Assembly (NCBI GenBank): GCA_048938385.1
Contig: JBHLMG010000006.1
Location: 32,001-96,000 of the forward strand
Direction: 5' to 3'
DNA length: 64,000 nt
Source: Promethearchaeota archaeon
Lineage (GTDB): Archaea > Asgardarchaeota > Hermodarchaeia > Hermodarchaeales > Hermodarchaeaceae
Both the position numbers and the translations under genes were made by a program. How positions within the stretch are numbered: the stretch's first letter is position 1; every line of letters begins with the position of its first letter. The notes beneath the pieces were generated by a model. It made no database searches and was not told the origin of the DNA. It saw nothing but the letters and a program-made list of their open reading frames with translations. Positions 28,979-38,447 of this stretch are shown piece by piece.

Positions 28979-29929
28979 ATGTCTAAGCCAGATCAGAGGC
29001 AGAAGAGTTATGAGAAATTACTTCGGGCAGGATACATCGCTGCTGAAGCCCTGAGGTATACCTGTAACCTGGTAAACGCAGGTGAATTGCTATACACCAT
29101 TGCTGAAAAAGGCGAGGAGTATATCCGCAAACTTGGTGGTCAACCTGCATTTCCCATTAACCTCTCAATTGATCATCATGCAGCTCACTATACTCCTCCA
29201 CTTACCGACCCAACCGTTGTTCCTAAAAAGGCTTTAGTCAAAGTGGATTTAGGAGCTCATGTGGATGGGCACATTGCTGATAACGCCCGTACGGTCTTAG
29301 TAGGAGATGATGACGCCCTTCACAGATTAATTACAGCCGCTGAAACCGGTGTACAGGCTGCAATCCAGACCATTCGAGCAGGAATTCGAGTCTGGACAGT
29401 TTCGAAATCAATCTCTAACGCTATCCGGAAGCTTCATGCCAGTCCAATTGAAAACCTGACAGGCCATAGCATTGAACCCTTTAATCTTCATGCGGGAGTT
29501 TCCGTTCCAGCGATTACCCGTTCTCATGAACGATACACCTCACCCCGATTACAAGAGCATATGGTAATAGCCATTGAGCCCTTTACTACCTATAGCCGAA
29601 ACCCCATTGTTGATAACCTCGAAGCCGGACATATTTTTGGCTTTACTCAAACCCGGAACCCTCAGAGTTCTAAACTCCGGTCTTTATTCAGTCAAATGAA
29701 AGTAAAATTTGGTCAACTCCCCTTTGCTTCGCGATGGATGCGCGAGTTGGTCGAACCTAAAAAAATTCCATCCATTTTAAATCGCTTACAAAACGAGGGG
29801 TGTATTCATAATTATCCAATTTTAGGTCTACGAGATAAGAAGCCTATTGCCCAGGCGGAGCACACTGTAATTGTGCAACCAACTGGGTGCATTGTTACCA
29901 CTTTGCAAACCCAAATGGGAGGAAGTTGA
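28979..29929 (+). CDS. map: methionine aminopeptidase type II
   Basis: AAHYTP, KVDLGAHVDGHIAD, NLTGH, AIEPF, QAEHT metal ligands; type-II helical insert. Confidence 0.93.
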   Translation: MSKPDQRQKSYEKLLRAGYIAAEALRYTCNLVNAGELLYTIAEKGEEYIRKLGGQPAFPINLSIDHHAAHYTPPLTDPTVVPKKALVKVDLGAHVDGHIADNARTVLVGDDDALHRLITAAETGVQAAIQTIRAGIRVWTVSKSISNAIRKLHASPIENLTGHSIEPFNLHAGVSVPAITRSHERYTSPRLQEHMVIAIEPFTTYSRNPIVDNLEAGHIFGFTQTRNPQSSKLRSLFSQMKVKFGQLPFASRWMRELVEPKKIPSILNRLQNEGCIHNYPILGLRDKKPIAQAEHTVIVQPTGCIVTTLQTQMGGS

Positions 29930-31249
29930 ATGGATCATCAAGAGCTACTACGCCAACTCATAGCATTCCCCACTGTTAATAATCCCGCTGAGAATTTACG
30001 CCCAACCCGCGAGTGCCCTGAGTTCTTAGAGAACCAATTACGAGAAGCGGGAGTAGATGCAAAAATATTGGAACAGCAAGGATACTTCTCAGTTTTAGGA
30101 ACTATAGGTACTGGACGCCCTGTGACGCTTCTGCTGGCACATTTCGATGTGGTACCAATTGGCCCAGGATGGGATACAGATCCCTTTGAATTGACCATCA
30201 GAGGAAACAAGGCATATGGACGAGGAACCGCTGATGACAAAGGAAATGTCACTGCCTTGCTGCTCGCAGCGGAGGAGATTTGCACCCTCGAATTGCCGGG
30301 AACTGTTATTGTTGCGATGACTGGTGATGAAGAAATTGGAGGGAATAATGGCGCACCAGTTGTTCGTTCAACCTTAGAGCTAAAGGGTTTATTCCCAGAT
30401 TATCTGATCACTGCTGATGGCGTTGGTATGCAAATCGTGACACGTCGTCGAAACACATGTGGTGTTACAATATCAGTTCCAGAAAATCCTGTAAAGCTTC
30501 ATGGAAGCTCTGAAACGCATCGCTTTCTCACTGAATTCGTCGGCCGACAATCACGCCATTCTGCCTATTTTCTCCCCGGAGTGGATCGCCATGCCTTGCT
30601 AGCTGCATCCAACTTCCTTCTCCAACACCCTCAAGTGCAAGTCGGGCACATTACTGGAAGCTTTCTCAAAAGTAATGTTGTTCCCGATTGGTTTGAACTA
30701 GAAGCGATTACCCCTTCGCTGAATAAGTCTAACTTCGCTTGTGACAGTAATCTCACTCGTCTTTTACAGACTCTCTTACCCCTATCCCGAGTGCAGTTCC
30801 CAGTAAAGCGCAGTGATTACGGAGTAACCTTTTGTCCCAATCTGTTACAAAAAAAGGGAAACCGATGGGAAGTCTACCTGGATGGTCGCGCCATGACTAC
30901 TGATTCAGAACCCGTAGAGGCTGCAATGCATGCCATCTTGGCTGAGAAACTCCAACAAATTGACTATCAGCTAGTCGTTCATATGGGGAAGGCCTACATG
31001 AACACACCCACCGAATCAAAGCTGGTGAAAACGGCTCAACGAATCGCAGAAAAATTTAGTTTCAACACTCAACCCATTGAGCTAGGAGGCGCCAGTGATA
31101 CTCGCCACTTCTCAGACCGCCCTATTGAAGCCATCGATTTTGGTCCAATCGGCTTTGGTGTCCATGGATCTAACGAGTATGTATTACTCGATTCGCTTCC
31201 CCGGACTGCCTCCTTCTATTCTAAACTAATCCAAGAATTACACGGCTAA
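29930..31249 (+). CDS. M20 family metallopeptidase/deacylase
   Basis: AHFDVVP, GRGTADDKG, DEEIGG, GGASD, HGSNE. Confidence 0.9.
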   Translation: MDHQELLRQLIAFPTVNNPAENLRPTRECPEFLENQLREAGVDAKILEQQGYFSVLGTIGTGRPVTLLLAHFDVVPIGPGWDTDPFELTIRGNKAYGRGTADDKGNVTALLLAAEEICTLELPGTVIVAMTGDEEIGGNNGAPVVRSTLELKGLFPDYLITADGVGMQIVTRRRNTCGVTISVPENPVKLHGSSETHRFLTEFVGRQSRHSAYFLPGVDRHALLAASNFLLQHPQVQVGHITGSFLKSNVVPDWFELEAITPSLNKSNFACDSNLTRLLQTLLPLSRVQFPVKRSDYGVTFCPNLLQKKGNRWEVYLDGRAMTTDSEPVEAAMHAILAEKLQQIDYQLVVHMGKAYMNTPTESKLVKTAQRIAEKFSFNTQPIELGGASDTRHFSDRPIEAIDFGPIGFGVHGSNEYVLLDSLPRTASFYSKLIQELHG

Positions 31250-31257
31250 TTGGGCAT

Positions 31258-32532
31258 TTAGGCTGCACGAGCAGGTCCAGGCACTTGAGGAACAGGAGCT
31301 GCAGGGCTTTTCACGAGCGTTTCGTTCACTTTTAGGTAACCCATCGATGTAATGATCCGAATGATGGCGATGGTGAACATCATCCAAATTACTGCTATGC
31401 CATAGGGGAGGATCAGTCTGAGAAAATCTAAGATGACTCCTGAAACCATGGCTGCAAGAAAACTACTTGCTCCTGTGCAGAAGTTGAAGAGAGCAACAAC
31501 ACTTCCTCGATGTTTTAGTGGCGAAGAATCAAGTAACCAAGCGGTACTACTTACGATAAATAACCCTGTAAGACCCCCACCGAAGATGTTGCTGGGGATA
31601 AGGAACCAGATGTTCCCTGTAATAGCACCCAAGGAATGAAAAACAGGAGCAAGGAAAATCAAGGAACGACTTACAAAAAGCACGGGTTTGCGCCCATAAT
31701 GGTCGGTGAGCCAACCACCAGAAAGCTGGGCAACCCCAGAGCTAATGTTGAAGATAGCGGTAAACACGCCAATAAAAAACAGGTTCACACCAAGTATACC
31801 TCTTACAATAATTGGAAACAAGGGCCAGGCTCCACCCATTGATGCAAAAAATAGGGTGTTGATGACGAGGAAAGGGATGAACTGAGGCGTACTCTTCACT
31901 GCCTTTCGGATCTGAAAAACACGACGTTTAGAAGGTTTAACGGTTTCTGTGAGCACTAACACAACTATCAACGACACTGTTAATGAAACCGCGGCAACAT
32001 ACATTGGTACCAAGTACTCCGCGATACCAATCAATCCTAGTGATGTTGCTAAGAATCCGATAATTATCAAGGCTATAGCAGATGCGACGGTTCCGATTGC
32101 AGTGATTATCCCAACGAATCGGCCTCGCCCCTTTAGGCTCGTTATATCTCCGAGTAACCCATTCCAAGCCGGAATGGCAGAACTTCCAACCACTGTAGGA
32201 ACTAGGAGGAGAAGAATCAGCTGCCAAGCAGTCTGGGCAAACGGAATTAATGCCGCAGTAATTCCAACTGCTATAAGCCCAAGAAACAGGAAAGGGCGTC
32301 GACCGAACCGGTCAGAGAGGCTTCCCCAAGCCCATTGCAAAGAAGCGTTACCGATAGTTTGAACCGCAGTTACTGCACTTTGTTGCACACCCGTGGCACC
32401 GAGATCCACTGCGAGTGGTCCAGTGTAGGCCCACAATAGATTAGCCCCAATCTGCCAAGACGCCCAAAGGCTAGAGACTCGAATCGGTTGTTGGTTGTTA
32501 GGTTGTTCTGGAGATGGCTGGTCATCAGGCAT
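31258..32532 (-). CDS. MFS transporter
   Basis: GSLSDRFGRRP and GWLTDHYGRKP motif A repeats; about 12 TM segments. Confidence 0.9.
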   Translation of the reverse strand: MPDDQPSPEQPNNQQPIRVSSLWASWQIGANLLWAYTGPLAVDLGATGVQQSAVTAVQTIGNASLQWAWGSLSDRFGRRPFLFLGLIAVGITAALIPFAQTAWQLILLLLVPTVVGSSAIPAWNGLLGDITSLKGRGRFVGIITAIGTVASAIALIIIGFLATSLGLIGIAEYLVPMYVAAVSLTVSLIVVLVLTETVKPSKRRVFQIRKAVKSTPQFIPFLVINTLFFASMGGAWPLFPIIVRGILGVNLFFIGVFTAIFNISSGVAQLSGGWLTDHYGRKPVLFVSRSLIFLAPVFHSLGAITGNIWFLIPSNIFGGGLTGLFIVSSTAWLLDSSPLKHRGSVVALFNFCTGASSFLAAMVSGVILDFLRLILPYGIAVIWMMFTIAIIRIITSMGYLKVNETLVKSPAAPVPQVPGPARAA

Positions 32533-32652
32533 AGGTCGTGCCTTCTTTACGGGCGAGTGGGAGCCTTCAGGAATAAGAGTAGAAAAAGCTTGTTAAACAG
32601 CATACATTCTAATGGTATTACTGATAAAAATCTTGGATTGGATGTGATAAGT

Positions 32653-33840
32653 TTGGGTAGGGAATTTGCGCAAAAAATCCAGAAGGCTACTAAGGCACAT
32701 GAGGAGTGGCGGCAGCAATGCTTGAACCTCATTCCCTCCGAAAACATTACTAGTCCACAGGTTCGGGAAATGCTAGCCTCTGATTTTGGACATCGCTATG
32801 CGTGGGATGAGCCGTGGTATGGGGGACAAAAATACACCATTCAAATTGAAGACCTAGCGATCCAAGCCGCGAAGAGACTATTTAATGCCCGTTATGCGAA
32901 TGTGCGACCACTTTCAGGTCATATGTCGTTAATGTCTGTGATTATGGGACTGTGCAAACCGAAGGACACCATTTTGATTTCGCACAACGATAATGGTGGC
33001 TATCCCTTGAACCTCCAGGCCAGATTTCCACTTAATGTTCAATATTTTCCCTACCTAAATGACCAATACTCGATGGATGTACAGGGAGCAATTGAACTCA
33101 TCGACCGTTCTCGACCAAGACTTGTCATCTTAGGGGCAAGCATATTCATGCAACCACACCCTGTTCGAGATTTAGTTAAGATATCGCAAGAAACCGGGGC
33201 GATCCTCGTGTATGACGGATCACATGTTTTAGGCCTCATAGCAGGGGCACAATTTCAAGACCCATTTCGTGAGGGAGCACAGATCCTGCTGGGAAGTACA
33301 CACAAGACCTTTTTTGGCCCCCAGGGAGGAATTATCCTGGTCAAAGATGATTTGCACCTTGCTGAGCAAATTGATGTAACCCTTCGACCAAATCCCGTGC
33401 TCGTCGATAACTATCATCACCATCGCGTTGCAGCCTTGGCTATTGCTCTATCAGAACTTCTAGCCTTTGGAAAAGCCTATGCCAAACAAGTTGTCGAGAA
33501 TGCACAGGAACTAGCTCACGCTTTAGATGAACATAATATCCCTGTTGTCGGAAAGTCTTGGGGATTCACTTCTTCACACCAAGTTCTGCTTCAAACAACT
33601 AGCTTCGAACATGGACGCCAAATACGGGATCAGCTTGAAGCAGCAGACATTATTGCCGATATAGGAGTTCGACTGGGCTCACAAGAGATTACTCGTAGAG
33701 GCATGAAACAAGCTCATATACGAAAAGTGGCATCTTTAATCGCACGCCGCCTCAGGGGAGAGAGTGTTCCAGCCATTAAGAACGAAGTGCATTTACTTGT
33801 AGACCAGTTTCGAAAAGTTGAATTCTGTTTTACTGATTGA
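32653..33840 (+). CDS. glyA: serine hydroxymethyltransferase (archaeal type)
   Basis: LNLIPSEN, DFGHRYA, YDGSHVLGLIAG, PLP-lysine GSTHKTFFGPQGG, GVRLGSQEITRRGM. TTG start inferred from the RBS. Confidence 0.9.
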   Translation: MGREFAQKIQKATKAHEEWRQQCLNLIPSENITSPQVREMLASDFGHRYAWDEPWYGGQKYTIQIEDLAIQAAKRLFNARYANVRPLSGHMSLMSVIMGLCKPKDTILISHNDNGGYPLNLQARFPLNVQYFPYLNDQYSMDVQGAIELIDRSRPRLVILGASIFMQPHPVRDLVKISQETGAILVYDGSHVLGLIAGAQFQDPFREGAQILLGSTHKTFFGPQGGIILVKDDLHLAEQIDVTLRPNPVLVDNYHHHRVAALAIALSELLAFGKAYAKQVVENAQELAHALDEHNIPVVGKSWGFTSSHQVLLQTTSFEHGRQIRDQLEAADIIADIGVRLGSQEITRRGMKQAHIRKVASLIARRLRGESVPAIKNEVHLLVDQFRKVEFCFTD

Positions 33841-33958
33841 GCGGATAAAACAATGAAGAATTATGTGATACGAAGAAAAAATCGCTCCGACTGGTACTCG
33901 CCATAAAGTTTTTTGCACCTTTGCTTCGATAGTTTAGTATACAAATGGGGATTTTTGT

Positions 33959-34927
33959 ATGCCTACTGAGCTACCTGAGGATATATGGGAAGAAGCAGGA
34001 AAGAAATGGCGATACCGCAAGTCATTGGCAGAGAAAGGCGAAGCCCCCAGTGAGCCGCCAGAAGAGCCGTTTATCGACAACAGAAATGACTCACTAGAAG
34101 ATGACACAGAGGCTGAAGATCCGGAACCTGAAGTGTCGATGGTTTCAGCGGAAACAGAGGTTGAAAAACAGGAGCTTGAAACATCAATGGTGTCGGTGGA
34201 AACTGAGTTAGAGCAGATGAAAGAGGAGAATATCAGGTTATCTGAGCAGGTTGGTGAACTCATCAACCAGGTTGAGGAAATTGAAACCCTAACCCAACGG
34301 TTAGATCAAGCCAATACGGACAATACGAAATTCCGAGAACAACTTAAAGAGAGTAAAGAAGCAATCAAACAAAAGACAATTGAACTAGAGAAGATGGAGA
34401 GCCAGTTTACAGAAGCTGAGGGGAAAGTGGAGAACCTCAATGAGCTATTGAAGAAGCAAGAAAAAAATGCTAAAGACCGTGAAGACCAACTGCTTTTGCA
34501 GCTGGATTCCATGGCGGAGCAAATTGGAAAATTACGGGGAGTCATTAGAAAACGCGATGAAGAGCTGGTTAAATTACAGAAGGACATTCTGACCAAAAAG
34601 GAGCAAGCTGATGGCGCGTTGGAAGAAGCTGATAAGCTCCGAACCGTTGGAATCGTCCAGCGTGAAGCCGTTCAGGATACTACTGTTCTTCGTCGACGGG
34701 TAAACGACTTAGAGGTTGAACTTGACCAGTTATACCGAACTTTAGAAAAAGACCCTAAATACCGTATTTACTTGTTAATTCGTGAAACTGGAACACGCAC
34801 CCTTGAGGAGCTTAGTAAAGTGCTCGGTGTCGGTGTCTTCGAAACTCGCCGGCGAGTTCAGGAATTGGTGCGCGCTGGATTACTTGACCTGCAAAATGAT
34901 AAAGTCAAGATTTCGCGGCGTAAATAA
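33959..34927 (+). CDS. acidic N-region + long coiled coil + C-terminal winged HTH protein
   Basis: Heptad repeats over the central part; C-terminal RTLEELSKVLGV...RRRVQELVRAGLL. Confidence 0.75.
   Translation: MPTELPEDIWEEAGKKWRYRKSLAEKGEAPSEPPEEPFIDNRNDSLEDDTEAEDPEPEVSMVSAETEVEKQELETSMVSVETELEQMKEENIRLSEQVGELINQVEEIETLTQRLDQANTDNTKFREQLKESKEAIKQKTIELEKMESQFTEAEGKVENLNELLKKQEKNAKDREDQLLLQLDSMAEQIGKLRGVIRKRDEELVKLQKDILTKKEQADGALEEADKLRTVGIVQREAVQDTTVLRRRVNDLEVELDQLYRTLEKDPKYRIYLLIRETGTRTLEELSKVLGVGVFETRRRVQELVRAGLLDLQNDKVKISRRK
34130..34225 (+). repeat. in-frame 48-bp imperfect tandem duplication
   Basis: Encodes EVSMVSAETEVEKQEL / ETSMVSVETELEQMKE. Confidence 0.6.
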
Positions 34928-34994
34928 CGATTAGCCACAATGTCCGACTTGTTTAAAAATGGAATCTCACACATAGACGAATTAATCCTCGGGA

Positions 34995-36032
34995 GTGGCT
35001 AAGAGGAGAACACAACCTATGATACAAGTATCTTATGTTCGAAACGGGGAATTTCGCAAACTCACCAGTAAGGAAGATTTCCGAAAATTATGGCGTGATC
35101 TGGATTTCATTTGGGTAAATATCGCGCAACCAAACAAGGAAGAACAGGAACTTTTAGAGCTATATCTCTCTGTTGATGCGAAAAGCCTAGTTCGCGTCGT
35201 CGAAGAATCAAGCCTTGGGCGATATCACCGATTCTTCGAATATTCAGCTTTTCATGTCCCTACAATGAAAGCTGAACCCCTACTTCATGTAGAGCCAGCC
35301 GTGATTCTTCTTGGTGAAAAAATCGTGGCCACCATTAGCTCAAATATTCCAGTTGATGCAATCGCTGAGGTAGAAGAAACGATTAGAAATCTGATTGCTA
35401 CAGATCAGGATGTGACCCCGTCCATCGTAGTCGTTCGTATCATCCAAGAAATCATTGAAAGAAATGTTGTCATAATTAATCGAATTGCTATGTCTACGAT
35501 TCAGTTAGAGGAACAGTTTACCGATATTAGTGTGAAAGATTTACTCAGCAATATTCAGCGTATTCGCCACTATCAAAACGAATTCTATCAGCACCTGACA
35601 ATTCAACGACACATTGTTGATTTAATGCTTCAACATGTTCCCCGTTACCTTCATCTTACCGAAGAACTCCGGACGCTTCTGGGCACAACAACTTCTGAAA
35701 TCGAACGCCAACAGCAGACGCTCGAAATTAATGCTAGGAGCCTTACAGATTTAGTTTCTTTGAACTCGATTTTTTTGGCAAACCGATTAAACCGAATTAT
35801 CGTCATCCTCACAGCCATCACCGTAACAGTTGCTGTGCCTTCATTAGTCGCCAATATGCTTGGAATGTATAACATCTTCAACCCGAACCCTCTATTCTAT
35901 CTAGGGGGTGGAATCCCAATCTTCACATGGCAGCTGCAACTGTTAATCATGATACCAGCAATTATTATCCCCTTGATTTGGGTAATTCGCAAGGGATGGG
36001 CGCGACCTTTTCCAACCGAAGGAAAGCAATAG
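34995..36032 (+). CDS. CorA-family divalent cation transporter (atypical GMY motif)
   Basis: WVNI..P..EE N-domain, long stalk helices, NRLNRII.ILT, two C-terminal TM helices, LGMYN. Confidence 0.85.
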   Translation: MAKRRTQPMIQVSYVRNGEFRKLTSKEDFRKLWRDLDFIWVNIAQPNKEEQELLELYLSVDAKSLVRVVEESSLGRYHRFFEYSAFHVPTMKAEPLLHVEPAVILLGEKIVATISSNIPVDAIAEVEETIRNLIATDQDVTPSIVVVRIIQEIIERNVVIINRIAMSTIQLEEQFTDISVKDLLSNIQRIRHYQNEFYQHLTIQRHIVDLMLQHVPRYLHLTEELRTLLGTTTSEIERQQQTLEINARSLTDLVSLNSIFLANRLNRIIVILTAITVTVAVPSLVANMLGMYNIFNPNPLFYLGGGIPIFTWQLQLLIMIPAIIIPLIWVIRKGWARPFPTEGKQ

Positions 36033-36090
36033 CTTAAACCTCACAAGCTCTTTTCATATGAGCACATTCCGTTGTGAGGTTGAGTGAGCA

Positions 36091-36984
36091 GTGAACTCAG
36101 TTAGCAAAATACAGTCCTTGACAAAAATGATTCAGGAGTTCATCCCGAATGGAACGCACTTGTACATTGAAGGAATTTTGGTCAACCGATTACCAATCGC
36201 AGCCGTCCATGAGATTATTCGAGCACAACGCCGAGAACTTCGTATTGTGAGTGCCCCCAATGGGCTCGCTGTGGACCAATTGATTGGTGCTGGTACAGTA
36301 GCTGAAGTAGAATTCTACTTCTTAGGATTCATGACAAAAAATGGGTTTGCCACCATGCGACGATTTCGGTCCGCTGCTGAAGCAGGCTCCATTCGAGTGA
36401 AAGAAAGTATGGGGTATGCAATCTGTATGGCGCTGCGAGCCGGAGCCTATGGTATTCCTTACATTCCACTTCCCGATTTTCGTGGTTCAGATTTAATCAA
36501 GGACCGGGCAGATTACAAGGTGATAACTTCTCCGTACAATGATGAAGAAACGGTGATCACTGTCCCAGCTTTACGGCCAGATGTGCTTCTCCTCCATGCA
36601 CATACGGCCGACGAAAAGGGGAATGTTAGGTTAGACGAACCCTGGCCTTACTTCACTCTGACCACCGCTCAAGCTTGTCGCCATGTTATTGTCACCATCG
36701 AGGAAATAGTCAAAACCCTTCCTGCGCAGCATACTACGCTTCCCCATTTCTTGGTTGATGCTATCGCACATGTCCCATATGGTGCCGCTCCAACGGCGTT
36801 AAATCACCGCTACGAGGTCAATGCAACGCACATCGCGTTATACCAGGAAGCTGCGACAACAGCGGCTGGATTTGATCAATACCTCCAAGACTACATCATT
36901 GGTTGTTCCAACCATGAAGCCTTCCTGAAAAAAGCCGGTTACCCTCTTGCCTGGATTCAGGTATCAAATAAACAACCTTCATAA
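36091..36984 (+). CDS. family I CoA-transferase-fold protein, subunit A (GctA/AibA-like)
   Basis: R.PIAAVHEIIR, DQLIGAG, LRAGAYGIPY, PAL.PDV.LLHA..AD..GN, PYGAAPT. Confidence 0.85.
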   Translation: MNSVSKIQSLTKMIQEFIPNGTHLYIEGILVNRLPIAAVHEIIRAQRRELRIVSAPNGLAVDQLIGAGTVAEVEFYFLGFMTKNGFATMRRFRSAAEAGSIRVKESMGYAICMALRAGAYGIPYIPLPDFRGSDLIKDRADYKVITSPYNDEETVITVPALRPDVLLLHAHTADEKGNVRLDEPWPYFTLTTAQACRHVIVTIEEIVKTLPAQHTTLPHFLVDAIAHVPYGAAPTALNHRYEVNATHIALYQEAATTAAGFDQYLQDYIIGCSNHEAFLKKAGYPLAWIQVSNKQPS

Positions 36985-36997
36985 AGTGAGCCACATC

Positions 36998-37783
36998 ATG
37001 ACAGAAGCCAGATATACCTACGATGAACTAATTCTTGTCACTCTTGCTCGACTTTTACAGGATGGAGACCGCGTTTTCACAGGAGTGGCCAGCCCTGTAC
37101 AAATGCTAGCAACCCTCCTTGCTAAAGCGACGCACGCGCCAAACCTTTTATACTTCACAATTCTGGGTTCGATCAACCCAAACCCACACAAACTTCCCTT
37201 TTCAACAGGTGATCCACACCTCTTCGATGACTGCGAAAACACCATTACCTTCCCGGAAATTTTCGACCTAGCTAATAACGGGCTAATGGATGTGGCCTTC
37301 CTGGGCGGCGTGCAAATTGATCAATTTGGCAGTATGAATATGAGCGTAATCGAAAACGCCTCAACACGCTCAGCAATCCGGTTACCAGGCGGAGCAGGAG
37401 GACCCATCATGATCCGAAGTTTTCGCCGCATTATCTCTTGGCGTCCCAATCATAGTAAACGGTGTCTTGTTGATACCGTACCCTTTGTCACTAGCCCAGG
37501 CTGGATACCGGCGGCAGAGGGAAAGCGGTATGGAGGACCGGATGTCATTGTAACCGATTTGTGTGTGTTTTACTTCGAACGAGATTCAAAAAGAATCACT
37601 CTACGATCAGTTCACCCAGGAGTTGAGCTAAGTTGGGTGATGAAGCAGACAGGGTTTGAATTCATCACTCCACAAGAGATTCCCCAAACACCGCCTCCAA
37701 CGGCTTATGAAGTGAAAGTATTAACGACTCAGATTGACCCAGCGGGAACCCGGCACGCTCTACTTCAGCCACCACGATTGTAG
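36998..37783 (+). CDS. CoA-transferase-fold protein, subunit B, lacking the catalytic Glu (AibB-like)
   Basis: TGVASP, ATHAPNL, FLGGVQIDQFG..N, RLPGGAGG, FVTSPG, SVHPGV. ATG 36998 chosen. Confidence 0.85.
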   Translation: MTEARYTYDELILVTLARLLQDGDRVFTGVASPVQMLATLLAKATHAPNLLYFTILGSINPNPHKLPFSTGDPHLFDDCENTITFPEIFDLANNGLMDVAFLGGVQIDQFGSMNMSVIENASTRSAIRLPGGAGGPIMIRSFRRIISWRPNHSKRCLVDTVPFVTSPGWIPAAEGKRYGGPDVIVTDLCVFYFERDSKRITLRSVHPGVELSWVMKQTGFEFITPQEIPQTPPPTAYEVKVLTTQIDPAGTRHALLQPPRL

Positions 37784-37892
37784 GTTGTAGAGCGAGATGA
37801 CACAAAGCTTTATAAGCAATTTTTAGCACTGATGCGAAACGAGCCCGGGTAACGCTACAAGGTTTTTCACCGTTAATTTGTTGGTGAGCTTA

Positions 37893-38447
37893 GTGCTAAC
37901 AGATAAACAATTTGACTTCGTTAAACGCCTCATTCAACGGCGTGGATTCACCATTACCAAACGAGTCGAAGGTGAAAAAGAGGGACTCGTTGATATTCAC
38001 GCTAAATCCACCGATGCAAAGAAGAAGCTGACCCTTCTCGTTCGAATTGTACTGGATACACCCACCATAGGAGTCGAAATCCTTCGGAACACCATAAAAG
38101 AACGAGAAGCCGGTGAGTTTAGCAACGCCATTCTCATAGGGGGCGAACGATATACATACGCTGCCCGTCGTGAGGCGAAGGAGTTAGATGTTGAATTACT
38201 CCATCGTCGTTTCCTTTCAATCGACTTGTTTATGCACGAATTAGTTCCTACACATGAAATGCTCTCTGAGGAAGAAATCGTAGAGATTGAAAAGGAATAC
38301 GGGATTGACCGAGAACAATTACCGAAAATGAAAGTTGGTGACCCTGCTGCAAAGGCTATCGGAGCACGCCCGGGAGATGTACTGCGCATTGTCCGAGAAT
38401 CTGAAACAGCCGGTCACCACCTCATGTATCGCTATTGCATTAGTTAG
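37893..38447 (+). CDS. rpo5: RNA polymerase subunit Rpo5/RPB5 with eukaryote-like N-terminal domain
   Basis: C-domain HELVPTH, QLPKM...DP, GDVLRIVRESETAG..YR; about 105-aa N-domain resembling the RPB5 jaw domain. GTG start after GGTGA. Confidence 0.9.
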   Translation: MLTDKQFDFVKRLIQRRGFTITKRVEGEKEGLVDIHAKSTDAKKKLTLLVRIVLDTPTIGVEILRNTIKEREAGEFSNAILIGGERYTYAARREAKELDVELLHRRFLSIDLFMHELVPTHEMLSEEEIVEIEKEYGIDREQLPKMKVGDPAAKAIGARPGDVLRIVRESETAGHHLMYRYCIS

